From NCBI GenBank assembly GCA_964422025.1, contig CAYQYZ010000001.1:277181-341180 (forward strand): a stretch of 64,000 nucleotides of DNA. The letters are read 5' to 3'. A model generated the notes under the pieces. It saw only the letters and a program-made list of their open reading frames with translations, ran no database searches and was not told the DNA's origin. Source of the stretch: an uncultured Gammaproteobacteria bacterium (lineage in GTDB: Bacteria; Patescibacteriota; Microgenomatia; UBA1406; HO2-37-13b). Shown in pieces: positions 59,551-64,000 of the stretch (its first letter is position 1; each line of letters opens with the position of its first letter). The position numbers and the translations under genes are program-made.

Positions 59551-60972
59551 ATGAAATATACAAAATTTTTCACCCTTCTCATTGTAATATTCTCATTTTT
59601 AGTCTTATCACATAAGTTACCCTCCTCCTTCATTTTTCACCCCGATTTTGCCCGCGATGTATTCGATATTACCCGAATTTCACAAGGCAAATTAATGCTC
59701 ATCGGACCCAAGCTCACCTTCGGCGGCATTTACTCTGGACCTTATTACTATTATTTATTACTGCCGATTCTCGCTCTCACGAACTACTCAATTAATGCGT
59801 TACTGTATTTTAATACCGCGCTATTTGCTGTTGCTTTGGGATTTTTGTTCTATGAGTTATCCAGGAGATTTTCAATCTACGAGAGTATATTGGGAGTTTC
59901 GGTGATCTTATTCTCACCTTTTTATTTAATAGCATCTCGCAACCCCAGTAATGCATTCACGTACATTCCATTTTTAATAATACTTTTAACAATTCTTTAT
60001 TTTTACAAAATTACAAAACCAAAACAGTTAATACTGATGGGAATATTTGCTGGAATTCTTGTAACGTTTCATTTAGTAGTTGGGAGCGTAGTTGCGTTCG
60101 CTTCGCTTATGCTACTGGCAGATGTTAAAAAAAGACAACACGTTTTATGGTACTTTTTAGGCTTTCCAATTGCATTCTTGCCCCTAATCCTTTTTGAGTT
60201 AAAACATAACTTTATAATGTTAAAGAATACATTTATTGATAAATCCTATCTACTTTGGGTCAAAAATAGTAACATCCCTGGTGGCATTACGGGTAAAAAG
60301 AATCCGATTGAGAATTTTGTTTTTATCAGTCAGGCTATGCAAAAATTTACCGTTGTAAACCCTCTTGTTCTATTTGTCTTGGCGGGAGTAAAACACCACG
60401 CTCAGAGATTCACAGGAAAAGACGGCTGGCTGCTTATGAGCAGTCTATTATCTTTAGTACTCCTCGCACTCACTATGCGATTTCAATTTATTTACCACTA
60501 CTTATTCGCTACTATTTTACTTTTATTATTCACGACTGTAATTATTTTTCTAAAACAAAAGTGGCACATTTTTCTAATCATTTTGCTTGCGCTTGAACTT
60601 ACTTATATTCCAAAAGAAATGTACGATAATTCATGGCGCAAGTATCAAACATACGAACAAACAGTCAACTATGTATTGGAGAATAAACTGCTTCAAAATG
60701 GTGAGAGTTTTAATGTCATTCAAGTAACTGAACCCGACCTGCTTTCCCCAAATGGCTTTGAATATCGCTTCTATTTACAACAGCACGGTTTTAAACCGGA
60801 ATCGGAATTTGCGTACAAGACCTCTAAAAAACTTTTAATCTTCAGTGAAAAACCAGAATATGATATAAAGAAACTTGATAGCTGGGAATCGCGAGAATTT
60901 GGCACAGAATTTTTACCAAAAGCAAAAAAATATTCATCGGGAGCAATCACTATTTATGTCACAGAAAAATAA
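59551..60972 (+). CDS. polytopic membrane protein, GT-C/ArnT-like candidate
   Basis: About 12 TM segments, an early loop 'HPDFARDVFD' and a C-terminal soluble domain. Confidence 0.7.
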   Translation: MKYTKFFTLLIVIFSFLVLSHKLPSSFIFHPDFARDVFDITRISQGKLMLIGPKLTFGGIYSGPYYYYLLLPILALTNYSINALLYFNTALFAVALGFLFYELSRRFSIYESILGVSVILFSPFYLIASRNPSNAFTYIPFLIILLTILYFYKITKPKQLILMGIFAGILVTFHLVVGSVVAFASLMLLADVKKRQHVLWYFLGFPIAFLPLILFELKHNFIMLKNTFIDKSYLLWVKNSNIPGGITGKKNPIENFVFISQAMQKFTVVNPLVLFVLAGVKHHAQRFTGKDGWLLMSSLLSLVLLALTMRFQFIYHYLFATILLLLFTTVIIFLKQKWHIFLIILLALELTYIPKEMYDNSWRKYQTYEQTVNYVLENKLLQNGESFNVIQVTEPDLLSPNGFEYRFYLQQHGFKPESEFAYKTSKKLLIFSEKPEYDIKKLDSWESREFGTEFLPKAKKYSSGAITIYVTEK

Positions 60973-61798
60973 AAAAGTTAGCATTATTGTTGCGGCTTAC
61001 AATGAGGAGCTACGAATAGGGGAGTGCTTGTCGTCTTTGACCAAGCAAGATTATGGATCGTACGAGATTATACTCACCGACGACGGATCGTACGACAACA
61101 CCGTTTCAATAGCAAAAAGGTATCCTGTAAAAGTCATAAAAAATAATCACCATGGAACCGCAAAAAGTCGTAATAAAGCAGCTTCTCAAGCTACCGGAGA
61201 GATTCTTGCTTTTCTGGATGCTGATATGACGTTTGAGCCCAATTTCCTAAGCAAACTCGTACTTCCAATAAATAATGGAGTGTCAAGAGGAACATTTTCT
61301 AAACTCGAATATGTTAAGAATTGGAACAACCCCATCGCTCGATTGTGGAATTGGGTTAATAATCCTGATTTGCCTGATAAATATCGAGTTTCTCAGAAAA
61401 GTAATACGGGCGAAGATTTTCGTGCATTATTAGCCTCAGAATTCCATAGAATTGGCGGATTTGATGATACCGGATATACTGATACATGGAGTTTGGCAAA
61501 AAAACTTGGCTACAAACCAACGAATGCGACTGGAGCAGTTTACTATCATTATAATCCGGAAACATACGAGGAAGTACTACGCCAAGCAGCCTGGATTGGA
61601 AGACGTTCTTACAAATACGGAATACTTGGAGATATGGTTGCGTTTGGACGATCAAATTTAGTCTCATCAGTCCTCAAAGGCGCACTTCTTATGTTGAAAA
61701 AGAAGGAACTGCGAGCAATTCCATTCCATTTGCATTATGACACGGGAATCATTGTCGGAATGCTTTCACGAATGTTTTCAGGGAAACGGAGTAAGTAA
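60956..61798 (+). CDS. family 2 glycosyltransferase
   Basis: 'VSIIVAAYNEE', 'TDDGSYDNT' and 'FLDADM'. Start set to ATG 60956 (MSQKNKKVSII). Confidence 0.85.
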   Translation: MSQKNKKVSIIVAAYNEELRIGECLSSLTKQDYGSYEIILTDDGSYDNTVSIAKRYPVKVIKNNHHGTAKSRNKAASQATGEILAFLDADMTFEPNFLSKLVLPINNGVSRGTFSKLEYVKNWNNPIARLWNWVNNPDLPDKYRVSQKSNTGEDFRALLASEFHRIGGFDDTGYTDTWSLAKKLGYKPTNATGAVYYHYNPETYEEVLRQAAWIGRRSYKYGILGDMVAFGRSNLVSSVLKGALLMLKKKELRAIPFHLHYDTGIIVGMLSRMFSGKRSK

Positions 61799-62809
61799 CT
61801 ATACTTCCCATCCATTAGGATGATTGGTATACCAGGCTACAAGGGAAGTCACGCTATCTTCGAGCGAATGCGTGGGTTGCCAACCCAAAACAGAAGTAAT
61901 TTTTTTATTTGAAGCGACTGCTCGCGAAACATCTCCTTTTCGAAGTTCGCCCGAACCTATTTCAAATTCTTTTCCAGTAATTTTTTTAACTGCTTCAACG
62001 ATTTCCAAAACGGAATTTCCAACACCGGTTCCTAAATTAAATATATCGGGCTCATTTCGGGTTTCCAAATATTCAACCGCTTTTATATGTGCATTATTCA
62101 AATCAACCACATTCACATAATCTCGAATTGGAGTTCCATCTGCAGTAGAAACTTTCGGACAGGTGAGTTTAAATTCAGCAATTCCCAAAGCCCCTCGAAC
62201 TGCATTTTGCATTAAATGAAATGATGGCTTTTTTGAATCACCAATACCACCATCGTCCGTTGCTCCACATACATTAAAGTAGCGCAAAAAAATGTAATTG
62301 ATTCCATAAATTTTGTAATACCAATCGATTATTCGTTCGCTCATATACTTTGATTCGCTATACGGGTGCGACTGCGGACTAATCGGGTGAGATTCATCAA
62401 AAAATTCCGCTTGCGGCTCGCCGTATATGGAGCAGGTTGAGGAAAAGACAATTTTTTTTAAGTTGTGTTTTCTCATCGACTCCAAAAGAGCGACCGTAGT
62501 CGCAATGTTATTTCCAAAATACAATTCCGGATGAAGTTCAGACTCTCCTACGTTACAAAACGCTGCATAATGAATTACCGTGTCAATTCCACTCTCTTTT
62601 AAGAATACTTCATCCATACCCGTTCGAATATCCGTTTCATAAAAACGCATTTTTTCACTTCCATGTTTATCTTGCAAAGCCTTAAGAGGACCTGAAAATC
62701 CACGAATATAATTATCGGCCCCAACAACTTCATACCCAGAATCCAAAAATAGAGAACAGGCAACTGATCCAATATACCCACCCGCCCCAGTTATTAAAAT
62801 TTTTTTCAT
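61799..62809 (-). CDS. galE: UDP-glucose 4-epimerase-like SDR
   Basis: 'ILITGAGGYIGS' and 'YSESKYMSE' (YxxxK). Length and block pattern are GalE-like. Start set to MKKILITG (62809), overlapping the NUDIX stop as ATGA. Confidence 0.8.
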   Translation of the reverse strand: MKKILITGAGGYIGSVACSLFLDSGYEVVGADNYIRGFSGPLKALQDKHGSEKMRFYETDIRTGMDEVFLKESGIDTVIHYAAFCNVGESELHPELYFGNNIATTVALLESMRKHNLKKIVFSSTCSIYGEPQAEFFDESHPISPQSHPYSESKYMSERIIDWYYKIYGINYIFLRYFNVCGATDDGGIGDSKKPSFHLMQNAVRGALGIAEFKLTCPKVSTADGTPIRDYVNVVDLNNAHIKAVEYLETRNEPDIFNLGTGVGNSVLEIVEAVKKITGKEFEIGSGELRKGDVSRAVASNKKITSVLGWQPTHSLEDSVTSLVAWYTNHPNGWEV

Positions 62810-63249
62810 AAATTTTTGCGAATTTTTTCTGCTAACTCTAGCATTTCTGTGCCAAATGGAAGTGTGACCATCTGCTTTGCTTCTTCGATAGACACCCATT
62901 TATACTCAGAGGCTTCATCATTAATTGTAATAGTATCTGCAGGATTTTTCATAGTGCAGAAAAATGGAATAATAAGTAGGTGCACACGATCACTTCTGAC
63001 ATCCGAATATAGTTTGGGAAGTAGTGTAATTACATTAATTTCAATGCCAACTTCTTCACGAATTTCTCGTCTAAGACCTTCTTCGCTATCTTCGGAAAAT
63101 TCAAGCCCACCACCCGGGCACTGCCATATTTCACTTTTCCCCTTCGTAATTTCCTTATATTCAGGGCCAATATCTGCTCGTTGTGTAAAAAGATATTTTT
63201 CATCTCGCTCGATAATACCGACGACAACAGGCGTAATTGTACGATTCAT
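62806..63249 (-). CDS. NUDIX hydrolase
   Basis: Nudix box 'GGGLEFSEDSEEGLRREIREEVG' (G-x5-E-x7-REUxEExGU). Confidence 0.9.
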   Translation of the reverse strand: MNRTITPVVVGIIERDEKYLFTQRADIGPEYKEITKGKSEIWQCPGGGLEFSEDSEEGLRREIREEVGIEINVITLLPKLYSDVRSDRVHLLIIPFFCTMKNPADTITINDEASEYKWVSIEEAKQMVTLPFGTEMLELAEKIRKNL

Positions 63250-63273
63250 ACTTTGTATTGTATAATAGAGCGT

Positions 63274-63612
63274 ATGAAAAAACCAATCTGTAGTTTTGAA
63301 GATTTTGCAAAAGCCGATTTGCGCGTAGGGCAGGTAACTGCAGCGGAAAAGGTAGAAGGTTCTGAAAAACTAATTGCACTTACGGTAGATCTTGGCGAAG
63401 ACTGGGGAACAGTAGAGATTCTCACAGGGCTGCAGGCCTTTTATGACCCAAGTGACTTTGTAAATAACAAATATGTATTTATCGTGAACCTTGAACCTCG
63501 AAGAATGATGGGGAGAATGTCGAATGGCATGTTCTTAGCTGCAGATAGCACAGAAAAACCAATCCCACTACAAATGCCCGATGTCACTCCAAACGGCAGT
63601 TCAGTTATATAA
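63274..63612 (+). CDS. tRNA-binding domain protein (CsaA/Trbp111/MetRS-C-terminal type)
   Basis: 'DFAKADLRVGQV', 'KLIALTVDLGE' and 'VNLEPRRMMGRMSNGM'. Start set to ATG 63274, 7 nt after TATAAT (63261-63266). Confidence 0.85.
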   Translation: MKKPICSFEDFAKADLRVGQVTAAEKVEGSEKLIALTVDLGEDWGTVEILTGLQAFYDPSDFVNNKYVFIVNLEPRRMMGRMSNGMFLAADSTEKPIPLQMPDVTPNGSSVI

Positions 63613-63657
63613 CTCCTTTCATCTTGACATTAAACCTCCATGTGATAAGCTAGATAT

Positions 63658-64000
63658 ATGGATAATTCCAAGATAAGAAATCATTCCGACACCATCAGTG
63701 GCGCCGTCGTTTTAGCCTTCATTGCAATTCTCATCATGAATTTCTTTAATATTCGCCTTCCTGTTTCTGTTACTACAAGTGCTCAAAGCGGAGAGTTGGC
63801 TGTCGTTGGGGAGGGGAAAGTAGATATTGTTCCCGATGCAGCATATGTTGATCTGGGAATTAATGTAAACGGCGTTGTAAGCGTTCAGGAAGCTCAAAAC
63901 AAAGTCGATTCGGTGAATAATGCCGTCATTGCAGCAGTAAAACAGCTGGGAATTAACAAGGAAGACGTTAAAACAACGAATTACTCGATTAATCCAAATT
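63658..64000 (+). CDS. SIMPL-domain (DUF541) protein, 3'-truncated by window edge
   Basis: Not in the ORF track because it runs off the window end. The translation is MDNSKIRNHSDTISGAVVLAFIAILIMNFF...GEGKVDIVPDAAYVDLGINV...KEDVKTTNYSINPN, which matches the SIMPL pattern. Promoter geometry: TTGACA (63624-63629), 16 nt, TAAGCT, 6 nt, ATG. Confidence 0.7.
   Translation, partial: MDNSKIRNHSDTISGAVVLAFIAILIMNFFNIRLPVSVTTSAQSGELAVVGEGKVDIVPDAAYVDLGINVNGVVSVQEAQNKVDSVNNAVIAAVKQLGINKEDVKTTNYSINPN

Noticed and set aside
62816-63265. 149-aa plus-strand ORF.
   Set aside because: It is antisense to the NUDIX hydrolase, which has a perfect Nudix box. It is Ser-rich and of low complexity.

Overview
AT-rich, very gene-dense bacterial fragment. 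Intergenic DNA is almost absent, and there are many 4-bp ATGA or shared-stop overlaps. No rRNA, tRNA, CRISPR array, transposase or prophage gene was seen. The gene content and the lack of Shine-Dalgarno motifs fit a reduced Patescibacteria/CPR-like genome, but that is inference only.

Layout:
(1) 1-4.2 kb: peptidoglycan-related genes (5'-truncated Mur ligase, alpha/beta hydrolase, DegT aminotransferase, FemAB) plus a small divergent ORF.
(2) 4.26-5.67 kb: cysS.
(3) 5.68-14.48 kb: the most unusual part. Two adjacent operons are each preceded by a promoter, a mini-ORF, and a 5-bp GC hairpin with a GNRA loop and a U8 tract that runs directly into the ATG of the first gene. One mini-ORF carries six consecutive Phe codons. 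The first genes of the two operons are paralogous proteins I cannot assign to a family. The other genes are a GCS2-type carboxylate-amine ligase, an OSBS/N-acylamino-acid-racemase enolase and two M20 peptidases. I read this as a pair of leader-peptide attenuators controlling an undescribed amino-acid or peptide salvage or modification system.
(4) 14.5-29.5 kb: housekeeping genes (rpsF-ssb-rpsR, S41 and HtrA proteases, hisS, a domain-1-less RF1, rpmE, gyrB, ppa, gyrA, folD, a Tat-signal beta-helix protein, lepA).
(5) 29.5-62.8 kb: a roughly 33-kb envelope-glycan island. It holds 7 GT2 enzymes, about 5 GT-C/ArnT-like polytopic proteins, 2 MOP flippases, 4 SDR enzymes, an FdtA/FdtC/FdtB-like trio, an RfbH-like 3-dehydrase, a B12-radical SAM enzyme with a ferredoxin, and a tandem pair of unknown paralogs.
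(6) 62.8-64 kb: NUDIX hydrolase, tRNA-binding protein, and a 3'-truncated SIMPL-domain gene.

Features seen across the window: many genes start 6-8 nt after a -10 box, which implies leaderless mRNAs. A small palindromic repeat family (GTCATYCTGAG...GAAGRATC) sits at gene 3' ends. Convergent genes share or abut stop codons.
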